Shown here: piece after piece, positions 1 to 12,904 of the stretch
Layout: each line of letters opens with the position of its first letter
Position numbering within the stretch: position 1 is the stretch's first letter
Translations under genes and position numbers: made by a program
NCBI GenBank assembly: GCA_965645245.1
Contig: OZ287073.1
Span: 372,001-436,000 of the forward strand
DNA from: Massalongia carnosa
Lineage: Eukaryota
Reading direction: 5' to 3'
Length of the DNA stretch: 64,000 nucleotides
Notes under the pieces: model-generated
Told to the model about the DNA's origin: nothing
The model's database searches: none
What the model saw: the letters and a program-made list of their open reading frames with translations, nothing else

Positions 1-551
1 TTCCACTGCTTCAAGCCTCCAATTTTCAACTCCATGGAGAATTTCACTTGTAGTCATCATCACGAGCGCGAGTATCATCTTTTTGTTTCATCGAAAAACA
101 CTTCTACGCCATCTCTTGAATAAAAACGATCGCAGCGCTCACAATCAAACGGATCGCTAATCACTTTCCGAAACTATTTCGTGCTTCGCGTGTCAAAAAC
201 ATTTCAAGTCAGGTTTCCACTTCCTGACGGTTGTTTATGTACATAAATAGCAGTCACAGCGTCACAAGAGAAAATAAGGTTCTAAAATGAACGTTACGTA
301 AACATTACGAAACGCACGAATCTGGCGTTGATCGAGTCTCACATTTTACAACGATAGCGAGTCGTTACAAGACGAAATTGCAGCTGTATTTGAAAGAATA
401 TAGCGAAATCATTTACCAATAAAAACGTGAATCGATGTAACGACGTTATTTGACGTCTTTCCTCGAGTTTAGAACCGATTTGAATATCGACTCGCTCTGT
501 TTTAAAAGTGCGTGGAATGATGGCTGACGGATTTGCACGTCATGGCTCCGT

Positions 552-1381
552 TCACCACGGCGAAATCCCGTAATCTCCGCACACTTTTCCCACGTCCGCA
601 TCCCGATCTCCCCGCACTACCGTCGCGATCCGCTCGCCCCCAACCTCCGGCTCCGCGGCACCCCTCTTCCTAACCTGCTCTGAGTTGACAAAGTTCGTCG
701 CCACCAGGCCCGGATCGGCCCCGAAGACCTGGAACCCATCCTTGCCGTATCTCACCCAGTACTGGACCATGATCATGTTGAGTGCGGCCTTGCTGCAGCG
801 GTACTCGTTGGCAGAGGGGTTGTAGTACTTGGAGGTGGGGTCGGCAGCTTGGCTGATGGAGCCGACACTTGAGGAGACGAAAATCAGGCGTGGGGCTGAC
901 GACTTCTTCAGCAACGGCATGAAGGCCTCCGTGACGCTCACGACGCCGACCACGTTGACCGCCAGGATCTCACGCATGGCATCCCGCGCCTTCGGGTTCT
1001 TGCTGAAGACCCCCGCGTTGTTCACCAGGCAGTCCAGCCGTCCATGCTTGGTCTCCACGTGAGCGGCCGCCGCGTCGACTGACGCGTCGTCCGTCACATC
1101 AAGCTGCACGCTGTCCACCGTGCCGTGGATCGGGAGTGCTTGGAGCGTCGCGACGGCTTCGGTGCCCTTCTTGGCATCGCGGCTGCCGATGAGAATGTGC
1201 CAGGCGGCAGAGCCAAGTAGGAGATTTTTGGCCGTTTCGAAGCCAACGCCTTGATTGGCGCCTACAAGGGCGTGGTCAGCACGCTCTACCAAGGCTCATC
1301 GGAGCTACCGTTTGAGTCTGACCAGCTTGTTGGAGCCAACTCACCAGTGATCAAGACTATGGTTTTGGATGTTGTCGTCAT
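552..1381 (-). CDS. Short-chain dehydrogenase/reductase (classical SDR), 2 exons (1381-1345, 1261-552)
   Basis: ATG at 1381; splicing the GTGAGT..TAG intron 1344-1262 gives MTTTSKTIVLITGANQGVG (TGxxxGxG); also LDV, NNAG, VSS and YxxSK (YRCSK) motifs. Confidence 0.92.
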
Positions 1382-3212
1382 CCTCGTGCAGCTCTACGGT
1401 ACCTACGATATGTGATGGAAACGAAGATTGAGCTCTCCTTCAAGCAGGTTGTATGTGAGACTATGAAACTCAACCAAGACCTGCGCGTCTCTCGAGAGAA
1501 GAGCCAAATGATTTATGCGCAAGGATCGATGTATGTTGACATTCAACTGGAACGAAGGGGTGAGCGGTCGAGATCGCCGGAGATAACGGGATTAATGGCG
1601 CGGAAGTGGAGTGGAGGACCCTGCTGCTGTAGCTGTCGCTGTGACTATTACTCATTGTTTCACTGCCTCTGTGAGAGAGATGGCCCCGATCACGACCTCT
1701 TCCACTAGCCCAGCGTGTCTGCAAGTCATTATGGTGTGCTCGGTGTGAGACATTGTGTTTGCAGTAAAGGCTACACCATTATTTGGTATTCCCGGCGACC
1801 CGTTGACGCCGCTTCATAGTGAGGTCGAGCATACCCAGCCTACCCTCATACTGCAAGGACCAAGCCCCTGTCCTTCGTAAGGCTCCATTGAAGCGAATTC
1901 TGCCAACGGCGTAGTAAGCGACGAGCGGGGTTCCCTGCAGGAGGAGCTTGGGATAATCAACAATCCCTCGTGCTCTACCATTTGGTGTGAGTGCTTCGGG
2001 GTGCGAGAAGGGCAGAAGTGAGCGATTCGAGCTGATTGGGACGAGGCTTGCAGAGCGCCCGTGTGCATGACGAAGCAGCAAGCCATCCACCACTCACCGC
2101 ATACCTTTGACAAGCCGAACCAGAAGTTTCAAATAGCATGTTGGTTAGCATGTAGTTCTGCCACGCACGACTCGCACGACTCGGAGGCTTCGAAGGCTCG
2201 CACGCACGCACGAACTTTAGGCATGGGTTTTGAAGGAAGCGGATTTATAAATCATACGATGCTCACGGAGCATGGTGCAATTGGAGAGAAGGGGGGACGC
2301 GTATGATTCACTGCAGGCTTCATGATCCTCGAACAACGACAAGCAGGGCGTGTGTGTGCTGGCATCGTGATACTGCATGCACTTTTACCTGATGCATTTC
2401 TGTGAGCCTCCTCCGCCTTATCATTCGGACCAAACTGATGCCAACGTGTTCGACCTTGCTGGGATCAGCACGCGAGCGACTTTTGACATATTCCTACTAT
2501 ATGTATGTAAGTCTCACTGCGCGCCTCACTGCAAGACCATACCGCCGCTGTGGAGCATAGGAGGGGGAACAGATCCCTCTCGGTTAGACTGCGCACCCTC
2601 CATGTCTCATGCTTACATCCGGTTTCCCCCGAGTGAAAGATCCTTCGTGCCTTCGCGTTCGCTTTCCACATTTCCATTGATCAGCGAGAAAGAAACACTG
2701 CACCCACCACGAGACGGCTACTTCTTAGCAATCAATCGTTTATAGGGATCCCTACACCACAGGAATCATTGAATCCGTGGGTTGAGTGCTCATTCGGTGA
2801 CGGTGGTCGCGTCGGCTGCCTCGCCGTGTTGCTAGACCCTGGCCTTGTTCCTATGTTTGGCCCATCCCACTTGTTCGGACAATAACAGCGAACCATCGCA
2901 GGACTCAATAGAGGCCCCGTAAGCCACCCGGACCTAGCTTTGGGGTCTGAGAAGGGTTGAGCTGATGATTGTGTTGGTCTTCATAAGAGGCACGACTGGC
3001 TCAGTGTCACCCCCGTGGCTTCGCGATGCCTGCCATGAATCTCGCTGGTAAGCTCTTGTGGGTGTCGCCATGCCTGCCATGAATATTAAGGGGACTATAT
3101 GAGCCCAAATCTCGGCCGAGGCGTGTCGTTCATTCGGAACAGCCTCATTCAAAAAAAAAATTTGGGTCTGAAGATTTCCGCTCCAAACGACTATCTCGCC
3201 GCTTGAGCGAGG

Positions 3213-5494
3213 ATGAAAGCTGTTTCTGTCGCTCTCGAAGCCACGGCTCTATTCCCCCTTGTGATAGGCCTCGGGTTTGGGCCTAGGTACTCGCAGCAGA
3301 GAGGAAGTGAGCGGTTACGTGGAAGCTCGTTCGGCTTTCCGGGGACTGATGCAAAATTCGATTACGTGGTCAGTTTCGCACTAAATTGCCTTCAATGCCT
3401 GACATACTTTCTTTGCCTCTCTAATACGGCGTTGTGCGTCTTTGCCGGTCGATTCTAACAGCGCGGACAGATTGTGGGCGGAGGCACTTCCGGCCTCACT
3501 GTGGCTAAGCGTTTGGCGGAGAATCATGCTCTTTCCGTGGCGGTGATTGAAGCAGGCGGTTTCTACGAGCTTGACAGCGGAAACTTCTCGCAGATCCCAG
3601 CCTACGAGTCTCTCTATCTCAATGCACCGCCGTCGATCGATTGGGGTATTTACACCACTCATCAACCGGTATAGCTTCAGCATTTATTGTATTGAGACGG
3701 TCCAAAGGCTTAATTGTTTTGTAGCAATTGGCCAGCCGCTCCATACATTATTCGCAAGGCAAATGTCTCGGAGGATCGTGAGTATCTACATTTTCAGGCC
3801 GCACGGAATCTCGCTCACCTAGTGGCTCAAGATCTGGTCGAAATGGCATGGTATACCAGCGGTACGATTGAGTTGCACTCCTTCGAGCATTTTCTTATCA
3901 ATCTACCAGAGGTACCACGGGCTCTTATCAAGCTTGGGCAGACATAGTCGGAGATCAAAGCTACACGTTCCCGAACATACTGCCATACTTTCAAAAGAGC
4001 TGCCGTTTCACGCCTCCCGAATACGCGAAGCGCGGCGGTCCGCCTATCGCGTATGATCAATCAGCTTTCAGCACGTCCGGCGGGCCTTTGCAGGTGTCTT
4101 TCTGGAACTACTTTATCCCGGTCTCGCACTACATCATGAAGGGTCTCATCAGCCTAGGCTTCAAAGAGAATGGCGGCATACAGAGTGGCAGTCTTCTAGG
4201 ATTTGCGCAGTATCCTGCAACACTGGATCCGGTCGCGTTGACCCGTGATTCGTCCGAAACGTCCTTTGGACAGGCGGCGATTGCGAGCACGGGTCTTCAA
4301 ATCTACCAACGGACTTTGGCAAAGCAGATCGTGTTCAACGGAACAGCCGCTTCTGGTGTTCGAGTTGACACGGCGGGCGCTTCATACACACTCTCTGCAA
4401 CGAAGGAAGTTATCCTGGCTGCTGGAACTGTATGCGAATGACGCCATTCAGGCACAGACACTCGGGATGGATTTACATGCTGACGTCGCGTAGTTCCGCT
4501 CGCCACAACTGCTTATGGTATCTGGTGTTGGTCCGAAGGCAACGCTTCAGGACTTAAACATTCCTGTCGTGGCCGACCTTCCGGGAATTGGCCAGGGTTT
4601 GTGGGTATGTTTCACCATCTCGTTCTCCCACCGTATCCTGGTTCGCACTGCTTCAAAAACTTGCTGACTCCCTTTCCAACAGGATCAGCCGGGCTTTGGC
4701 ATCGGTTATCCGGTGAACGCCACCACGCAGCATCAGCTCTTCAGCAATTCCACCTACATCGCCGAAGCTCGAAAACAGTACGCGACACAACAGTCCGGGC
4801 CCCTCACAGCCTTTGCCAGCAATTATATTCGTATGTCCTTTCGGTTTCTTTGCCCATTTACGCCCAATCGGCTAATCCATCATCCGTAGTCTGGGAGCAC
4901 CTCCCCAACTCGACCAACCTCACGGCCAGCGCTCGTTCTGATCTCGCGGCGTATCCTTCCGACTGGCCCGATTTGCAGTACATCTTCAACGCCGTAGGCT
5001 TCACCTCGGACGTGCCAGGTGACTATATCGCTATCGGCGTCGTCCTGATGAAGACCACGTCGCGAGGTAACGTGACCATCAACTCTACCGACACAAGTGA
5101 CAACCCCGTTGTGAGCGTGAATTGGCTTCTCTCCTCGACGGACCAGCTCCTAGCCGTGCAGTCCGTGCGGCGCTCGCGCATCTTCGCCGGCTCCTTTGGC
5201 GTCATCTCAGGCCCCGAGATATTGCCAGGTCCGGCTGCACAGACGGACGCCGAGATCCTGACGTACATTCAAGAGTCGGCCGGACCAAGCCATCATGCTG
5301 TTGCGAGCTGTCGCATGGGGAAGAAAAATGATCCGATGACCGTCGTGGACTCACACGGGAGAGTCTTGGGCGGTGTGACGGGGTTGAGGATCGTGGATGC
5401 AAGCATAATGCCGCTGCTACCGCCGGGGCAACCCATGTCAACGGTGTATATGCTGGCGGAGAAGCTGACGGCGGATCTTCTACGGGGAGAGTGA
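3213..5494 (+). CDS. GMC oxidoreductase (FAD-dependent, AA3-like), multi-exon
   Basis: [15 protein letters not shown] motif, [25 protein letters not shown]-terminal [32 protein letters not shown] pieces are joined by several short GT-AG introns; not every exon boundary was resolved. Confidence 0.9.
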
Positions 5495-5840
5495 GGTAAG
5501 ACATGGTCATGAGATTTATTATTGTTAGAATTCGTTCATTTAAGATCCTGAACAATGAGATTTATCGACAATATAAACGTTAATCGTAAATCTCTTTCAC
5601 AAGTATTTTTCGAGCATTTATTAATAATATCGAATACCAATTATCAGTGATTATGCAATATAACAATATGTACTCTGCATAGCAGGTCGGGTTGGGTCGG
5701 CGAAAGCCCTCAACTCTCTCCATCCTGTGAATACCTACGTTTTGTTGCCTGAACGGACGCGCGCGTGGCTAGGCTGTACGACACCCCGGCAGTCGTCCGG
5801 GGTGTCTCGAAGCCCGAAGCGCCGCCCGTCGATGGAGCTA

Positions 5841-6313
5841 CACTAGTTGTGAAAAAGTCTTCGGCACACCCCACCAAAACCAATAATCCTTTTTACATCG
5901 CATTTGTTTCCCTTTTTATTCCACCCCAAAACGAATATTTTATAGCCCCAAAATTGCCCTAATTATCGACTGGTATGTGTTCCATTTGCTATCCAAATCT
6001 GGTGGTGCTAATACTTCGTATGCCATCCCTCCGCAGCGACGAGTGCTGCGACCCTGCGGGGCATGCTCTCAACCAGTCCATCTATTACCTCCTCACGAAT
6101 ATTTCCCCATGCCTCCTGCAGAATGCCAAACAGCTTCGATTCAGCCTCGTCGCCCTTACCCTCTAGAGAATTGAGGTCAGGATAAACTTTGTAGGCCTCC
6201 TTCTTGAGGAGAGCCCAAAGATTCTCGATGGGATTTAAATCGGGACTGTAGGGAGGCCAGTCCATCACCTCAATCCCCCATTCCTTAAACCACGCCTTTG
6301 TTTTGTTTGCCAT
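5841..6313 (-). mobile_element. Truncated Tc1/mariner element (one TIR plus transposase C-terminus)
   Basis: TA then CACTAGTTGTGAAAAAGTCTTCGGC, resembling the TIR at 47323; ORF 6008-6316 has WPPYSPDLNPIENLW..GWHTKY; the rest is missing. Confidence 0.85.
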
Positions 6314-7229
6314 CATTCTCCAAGGCTCCGAGAACTATACATTATGGCGATCCTACATTCTGGGAGAGCTCAAGCAGAAGAACTGCGCCTGGGCAGTCAC
6401 CGGAAAGCCAGAGCCAACGAAGGAGTCCGTCAGATCGGACATCATAGCCATGGGCTTCAAACCCACCGAAATGACGACCCAAGCACTCTGGACTGCCCTC
6501 TCCACCGAAATTAAAGAGCACCGAGCCTCCCTGAGCAAAGCGGAGGGCATCATCAAAAACTCGGTAGCCTCCAAACACCAAGCAGCTATCGAGGGCAAAG
6601 AAGCCAAGGAAATGTGGGAAACCCTACAAACGAAATTTCAGCACATCTCTCCAATGAGCATCTCGCGACTCATCCTGGAGACCACCAAATTACGACTATC
6701 GGACTGCACAGACATTCACGAATATTGCAGCAAATACCAAGAGGCCTACGACACTGTGTGCGGCCTCATTCCCACTGATTCCGAGATCCCCGCAAAAGGA
6801 GCCGAGGTACTCCTGCAGGCAGGACTGCTCACTGGGATGGGAAACGAATACTCGGGGATCGTCTCTATGATGGAGACAGAGTGGAAAATGGGGAACACAA
6901 ACATCGCCGAGAGCACTAAAAAGCTTATCCGGTTTGCAGAAATCAGGAAAGAGAACAACCAAACTCCAGGACAATCCGGCACACCCAAACAATCGGCACT
7001 CTTCACCTCCAAACCACCAAAGCCTAGTAATCGAGCACCCCCGGGGACCTGCACAAACCCAGATTGCATCAAGAAGGGAAATACACAGCACTACACAGAC
7101 CGTTGTTTCCTGAGATACCCCGAACTTCGGCCAAAACACTCGCTGCACCAGATGAGAACAAAAGGCTCTAGGCAAAACCTCCAAAGCCAGACAGAGAGCC
7201 CTTCCGAGACCCCGTCCCGCGAAAGTTGA
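6312..7229 (+). CDS. Copia gag, N-terminus lost
   Basis: LQGSENYTLW, AKEMWETL and a C-x4-C-x7-H-x4-C knuckle-like motif; no ATG before the Tc1 junction. Confidence 0.8.
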   Translation: MILQGSENYTLWRSYILGELKQKNCAWAVTGKPEPTKESVRSDIIAMGFKPTEMTTQALWTALSTEIKEHRASLSKAEGIIKNSVASKHQAAIEGKEAKEMWETLQTKFQHISPMSISRLILETTKLRLSDCTDIHEYCSKYQEAYDTVCGLIPTDSEIPAKGAEVLLQAGLLTGMGNEYSGIVSMMETEWKMGNTNIAESTKKLIRFAEIRKENNQTPGQSGTPKQSALFTSKPPKPSNRAPPGTCTNPDCIKKGNTQHYTDRCFLRYPELRPKHSLHQMRTKGSRQNLQSQTESPSETPSRES

Positions 7230-10200
7230 CAACCAAAGGTGCTAGCGGTCAAAGGGCCGAGAGACGCTTCCTGGCTGGTTGACAGCGCGGCGGACGTGCA
7301 CGTGTGCAATGATCGAAGCTTGATGACTGAGTACCACGAAAAGCCTACCTGGATCGGAGGCTCAACTGCAGATGGGGTTTCACCAGGCCGTGGAAAGGTG
7401 CGCCTTCGCCTCAGCCTGAAAGACGGTCGCGAAGGAGTGATCCTGAACCTGAACAACGTGTTTTTCCTTCCCCACAGTCCTTCTAATCTTGTCAGCCTCG
7501 GCCTTCTTAATATTCATGGAATTTTCTATGATAATGAGAACGAGACACTCTATGATAGAAGAACAAAGGAAACCCTGGCTTACGCCGAAAGGTGGAGGAC
7601 CAGCTTCCTTCTTCACCCTCTCAACCTCTCTATCTCTACAACTCATCTAAAGCAGATCGACGACAACACGTACGAGTGGCCACCACACGCCTACAGGACC
7701 ACCACCTCATCAAAACTACCTCTCACCACCTGGCACAAACGACTCGGCCACCTCAACTTCCCCTCCCTGAAGCAACATCTCCACAAACTGGAGATCGACT
7801 ACGTGGACGACTCAGAAAAGTACGTGTGTGACAGCTGCCAACGTGCGAAAGCCACAAAAAATCTACAACCGCCACGAGCCTCAGAAACGAGCAAGCGAGG
7901 CGTACCAGTTTATATACACAGACCTAGTAGGTCCCATCAACCCTGTTGGTTTTGGAGGGGAGAGATACTTCTTCACATTTACGGATGACTTCACGCGATA
8001 TACCGAAGTTTACACTGGTGCCCGGAAAAGCGATTGGTTCAAATGTCTCAAGACCTTCTACAACCTCTGCAAAACCAGGTCACACAAGGAGAGACCAGTC
8101 GAACGCCTACGTTCAGATTATGGATCAGAACTGCAGAGCAAAAGGGTAGAGGAATGGTTTGCGAAGAAGGGCATCACTTTTGAACCCTCAGCACCGTACT
8201 CTCAGGAACAAAACGGCGTGTCAGAACGAATGGGAAGAACCATCATGGATATGACAAGAGCGACAATCCTAGAGGGAAGCCTTGATGACGAGCTATGGCC
8301 TGAAATTGTTCTTGCGATGACGTACGTCAAAAACGTTCGCCCCACGAAGGCTTTAGGTGGAGACAACCCCTACCATACACAACAGAAAATCCACCCAGAT
8401 ATCCAACACCTCCGAGTGTTAGGCTCGACAGTGTACGTTCTCCTACACGAAGAGGAACGAGCCTTAAAGTCTGAGAACTGGAACCCACGAGCCTTACGCG
8501 GTATTCTTGTTGGATACGATGGTCATACAATCTACAGAGTCCACATCCGAGAACAGAACAAAGTCATTCGCATCAAAGATCTCAGAATCTTTGAAGACTA
8601 CGAGGCCAAGACGTCCACCGAGCTTCCTGAATACAAAAACACTCCCACCTTCTCAGGTTTCTTACTCTCCGATGACGATGACGAGGCGACGAGCGACACA
8701 CAGATGTTGGATGTAGGCCGAAAGGTCAACAATGCAACAGGTGCCAGCGAGTCAACTCCCAGCAAAGTAACCCCTAGGAAGGGCCGAAAGGTCACTACTA
8801 GAGATGAAACTACTGGAGCGTCAAATGAAACTACGGAGACAAGGAAGTCTCGGTCTGGCCGAACGATAAGGCCTACACAAAAGGCTCAAGATCAAGATCT
8901 GATAGTACGTCTCAGCAAGCTGCTAGACCTTGACTGGGAACACAACTCGGAGGAAAAAGCAAACGCGTTCCTGACAAACATCGAATGCGAGGAGGACGGC
9001 CATGACGCAGACGACGACCCATACACAATCTTGACTTCGAGGCTCATTCAGGCCAACGCCCAAAGTAAAGGAGACTACGTCCTTGCCACCCAATTAGATG
9101 TCGAAGAACCTGAGTCATACAACAGGGCAATGCAATGCCCCCACGCCTCGCAGTGGGCACAGGCAATGAAAGAAGAAATAGACTCTCTACACGAAAACAA
9201 GACCTGGGTTCTCATACCTAAGAACGAGATGGAGTCAGGTCATCGACCTCTGGGGGGGAAGTGGGTGTACAAGGTCAAGCGTGATGTCGAAGGCAAGGTA
9301 TCTAGATTCAAAGCCAGATGGGTTATCAAAGGGTACCTACAACAGTTTGGTGTTGATTTCGATCAAACCTACGCATCCGTGGTGAAGCCAATGGCCTTCA
9401 TAACCCTGTTCGCCCTTGCCGCCTTCTTCGACCTGGACATCGACCAGATGGACGTAAAAACGGCTTTTCTCTATGGCCTCATTGATCAACTGATATATAT
9501 GGAGATTCCAAAGGGAACTGAGACAGAAGCCACAAAGAATATGGTTTGCAAACTGTTGAAAGCTATCTACGGCCTCAAACAATCTCCCCGCCTCTGGTAC
9601 GAACGCTTTTCAGCCTTCCTCCTCGAGAAACTAGGCTTGAAAGGCATCCACGCAGACCACAGTATATTCGTATCGGGTGCAGGGCTGAAAGGTCCCGTAC
9701 TCAGCGTCTTCGTAGATGACATCAAGATTATGGCGCCAAAGGACAGTGGGATAATCAAGCGAGTCAAAGCAGAACTCACAGCTGCATTCTCTATGTCAGA
9801 TATGGGTCCCATCAGCTTTTACCTAGGACTGAGAATAGATCGGGATCGAAAGCAACGAACCATCAAACTGTCTCAACCGGCCTACATGGAAAAAGTGTTG
9901 GAGAGATTCCATCTCGACAAAGCCAACCCCGTCAACACCCCGATGAAAGAATCTGTGCCACTCTCCCAACGCGAGGAAGGAGAAGCCTCACCACCAGAGA
10001 AGGAGAGATACCAAGGAATGACGGGGTCCGTAATGTTCTCCATGGTAGAGACCAGACCAGATATTGCCTTCGCCACGTCCCTCGTAAGTCGCTTTGCCAA
10101 GAACCCGAGCCATCAGCACACCGAAGCAGTCAAAACCATCCTCAAATACCTCAAGGGCTCGAAACATCGAGGCATAACCTATGGGGGGGATGAAGAACTG

Positions 10201-10761
10201 AAAATCGAAGGCTATTCGGACTCGGATTGGGCAGGTGACAAGGACAGCCGGAAGTCAACATCCGGTTTCATCTTTATGCTGAACGGGGGACCGATAAGCT
10301 GGTGCTCTAAAAGGCAATTAACAGTTGCTCTCTCTTCCACAGAAGCGGAATACATCGCACTCACGCTGGCCGCCAAAGAAGCAACCTGGCTTCTTCTACT
10401 CCTCACAGAGCTTGGGGTGTTGGAAGCGGACCAACAGCATGCTGAGATCAAGGTCTCCAACAAGAACTCGTGCGTACAAGCGATCGACAGAGACCTCAAC
10501 AGCCTCAAGCCCAGCGACGGAGACCCCACTGTTTCACTCAAAGGTGACAACTAAGGATCTCTTGCTCTGGCACACAACCCAGTATTCCATGCCAGGACCA
10601 AACACATCGATATCCAGCACCATTATATCCGAGACGAGGTGGAGGCAAAGAGAATCGAGTTGACCTACGTGCCAACTGGGGAGATGATCGCCGACGGCCT
10701 GACGAAGGCCCTAACGCACGCAAAGTTCCACACCTTTGTCGAACAGATGCAGATGACCTAG
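7230..10761 (+). pseudogene. Copia pol, in frame with gag, with two lesions
   Basis: One extra A in the run 7856-7861; in-frame TAA at 10552-10554 within GDN*GSLAL; terminal TAG at 10759-10761. Confidence 0.88.
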
Positions 10762-12013
10762 AGCCAAATCAGCACAGCCACACTACCTGGAGCCACAACC
10801 TACCAATGAACCGATGCAACCAACAGCTGCTGATTCTTCCAAAAAAAACGAGATAAAAATCGATTCGTTAGCGTGGGCGATTCTTACGTAACTAGCGCAT
10901 TGCTTGTGGGGGGTGTTGGATACCAACCTATGGCGCTAGACATTATTATGGTCACGTGTAACAGTAGACCTATTCCGGTATGCGGCACGCATCCTGGACT
11001 AGGATGATTTCAGACCTTAGAAGTAGAGTCATAGAATCATTAATATAACAACAATGAATAACCTCATACTTCTACAGGATCACCTGCACCGGAGGCGCCT
11101 GGTCGGGTGGAGGAAGAAGGGGACGAGCAAACCGAACAAAATAGGCCTACTCGTCGCCCCCAACCCCCTCCCGAAGATGCTCCTACTAGCAGTCTACTAG
11201 TAGTGCACAAGCTGAGAGAGAGATTCCTGGTCGTGTTCCGCCGTCTGCTGCTGCGGGTCCGTTAGCGCCCTCTAGCTCAGGTACTAGTCCAAAAGGGTCA
11301 CTTAATCCTAGATTAAGTGACCGCGGAAGATCTATTGTTCCAGGCACCGAGCCTTCTGTTACTGCGCCTATCCGATCGGTCACACCCGCCAGTCGGCGAG
11401 CTACTCCTACACTATTCTCTGAACATTCATCGCCGTTGACAGAGTTTTCTAATACGCCGCCTTTCAATCGTTCACCAAACTCACCGCGTGTGGCCACTCC
11501 TCCTATGGGGGGTGAGTTTACGCCGGCGAGAAGGCAAGTATTGGGACACAGGTCCCGTCATTCTATTGGGTCACCACTGAGGCCGGGGATTTGTGCGCCG
11601 GACACGGCGGGAAAGATACTGGGGGAAGCGAAGGGACAAGAAGAGGACGAGAGATGCGCATGCACGGCACCAGAAGAGTGGGTAGCAGACCTGGAGGGGG
11701 AGGGGGAATCGAGCTCCACCCGGAGTATCGAGCTCCTCTCCTTCCATCAGTATGGATCCATAGGTTTGTGTGTTCGTCACGTGAATATGCTTGCTGCCCT
11801 ATTCGGACTAAAAACTCCTATCGAACCTAAGGAACAGGTGAGGCGGTTAGCAAGGTTGTGGGCAGAAAGGAAGAGAGGGCATGGACCGCAAGCGGTCCAT
11901 GCCCAAGACGGACACGTGGTGGGACTTGGGAGCGCCGCCGACTGGGTGGGCGGATAGTACAGGCAGACATTGATGCCAGGGGACGGCATCAATGGGGGTC
12001 TGTGGGTGTGTGA

Positions 12014-12904
12014 TGTTGGAATACTCGCTTAGCCCCATTAGATCTAGCTCAGCCCTGCAGGCTGCCATGACTGCTATAAGCAGTCACCTCCGTAGTAATT
12101 TCAACATTATGCCGTCAACTGTTTATTTAACAGGTTATGAGTCCCGGGTTTGTGCTTTGCGCCCCTCCGACGGCATCCTTCATGCATAGACTACGTACTA
12201 TCATGTCGTATCAAGAAGATGATGAGGTGAAAGTTCAGACGTGGAAAGCGCGAAAACGAAGCGGAAACGACATCGAAAGGGATGAGAAACGAAGCGGAAA
12301 CGAAGCGGAAACGTCATCGAAAGTGGTGTACGTACGAAACGTGCTGAGGAGGACATCTACAATGGGCGGTGCCTCGAAGACTTCACATCTTGCATTACTG
12401 GTCAGATCAGCAAGGGGAGATAAAAGCCCTGCGATCAGGCCACCAACGTCAATGGTCTGCGGGAAAATGTCTAACAGAGACATCGAGAAAAGCCCTGCTC
12501 AGGCCATCAACAAAACACGTCCATAGTACTCTTCCCATCCACCCATACACTCACAAAAGCTACGTTTCGAGAGATGGTTATGGGTTTAATGAGGCTACAA
12601 AGCAGGACAACAAAAGACATAAGAAAGAACTACGTGCTTAGGGAAAATGGAGTCAGAGGGAGCTAGATTCGTTCCGCAAGGGGAGCGAATCGGACACAGC
12701 TGGATGAATCACTTCGCAAGGGGAGTGATAAAAGCTGGATAGTTTCAATTTTGGAGGCGAAAGGGGAGCCACGCTCGAAGGGGAGTGTTGGAATACTCGC
12801 TTAGCCCCATTAGATCTAGCTCAGCCCTGCAGGCTGCCATGACTGCTATAAGCAGTGACCTCCGTAGTAATTTCAACATTATGCCGTCAACTGTTTATTT
12901 AACA
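12014..12904 (+). mobile_element. Non-autonomous miniature LTR retrotransposon (TRIM-like, copia type), 891 bp
   Basis: 119-bp TG..CA LTRs at 12014-12132 and 12786-12904 with one mismatch seen; TSD TGTGA on both sides; PBS GGTTATGAGTCC; PPT AAGGGGAG; no RT/IN coding. Confidence 0.93.

Larger units (their letters stand above)
6312..11076 (+). mobile_element. Ty1/copia LTR retrotransposon, 5'-truncated; 3' LTR about 10914-11076
   Basis: Order gag, PR (WLVDSAA), GAG-pre-IN (WHKRLGH..C..C), IN (TDLVGP, SDYGSE, QNGVSER), RT (QMDVKTAFL, VFVDDI), RH (YSDSDW, SSTEAEY, ARTKHID). G-rich PPT before TGTTGG at 10914. The 3' LTR end (TCTACA) is inferred because there is no partner LTR. Confidence 0.92.

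Noticed and set aside
1412..3150. Short ORFs between the SDR and GMC genes
   Set aside because: No convincing domain; treated as intergenic or relic.
7850..7865. Programmed frameshift in copia pol
   Set aside because: A single extra A in a homopolymer inside integrase; more likely a mutation or sequencing error.
11077..12013. Pro/Ser-rich ORF fragments
   Set aside because: No recognisable motif and broken frames; probably a relic, not assignable.
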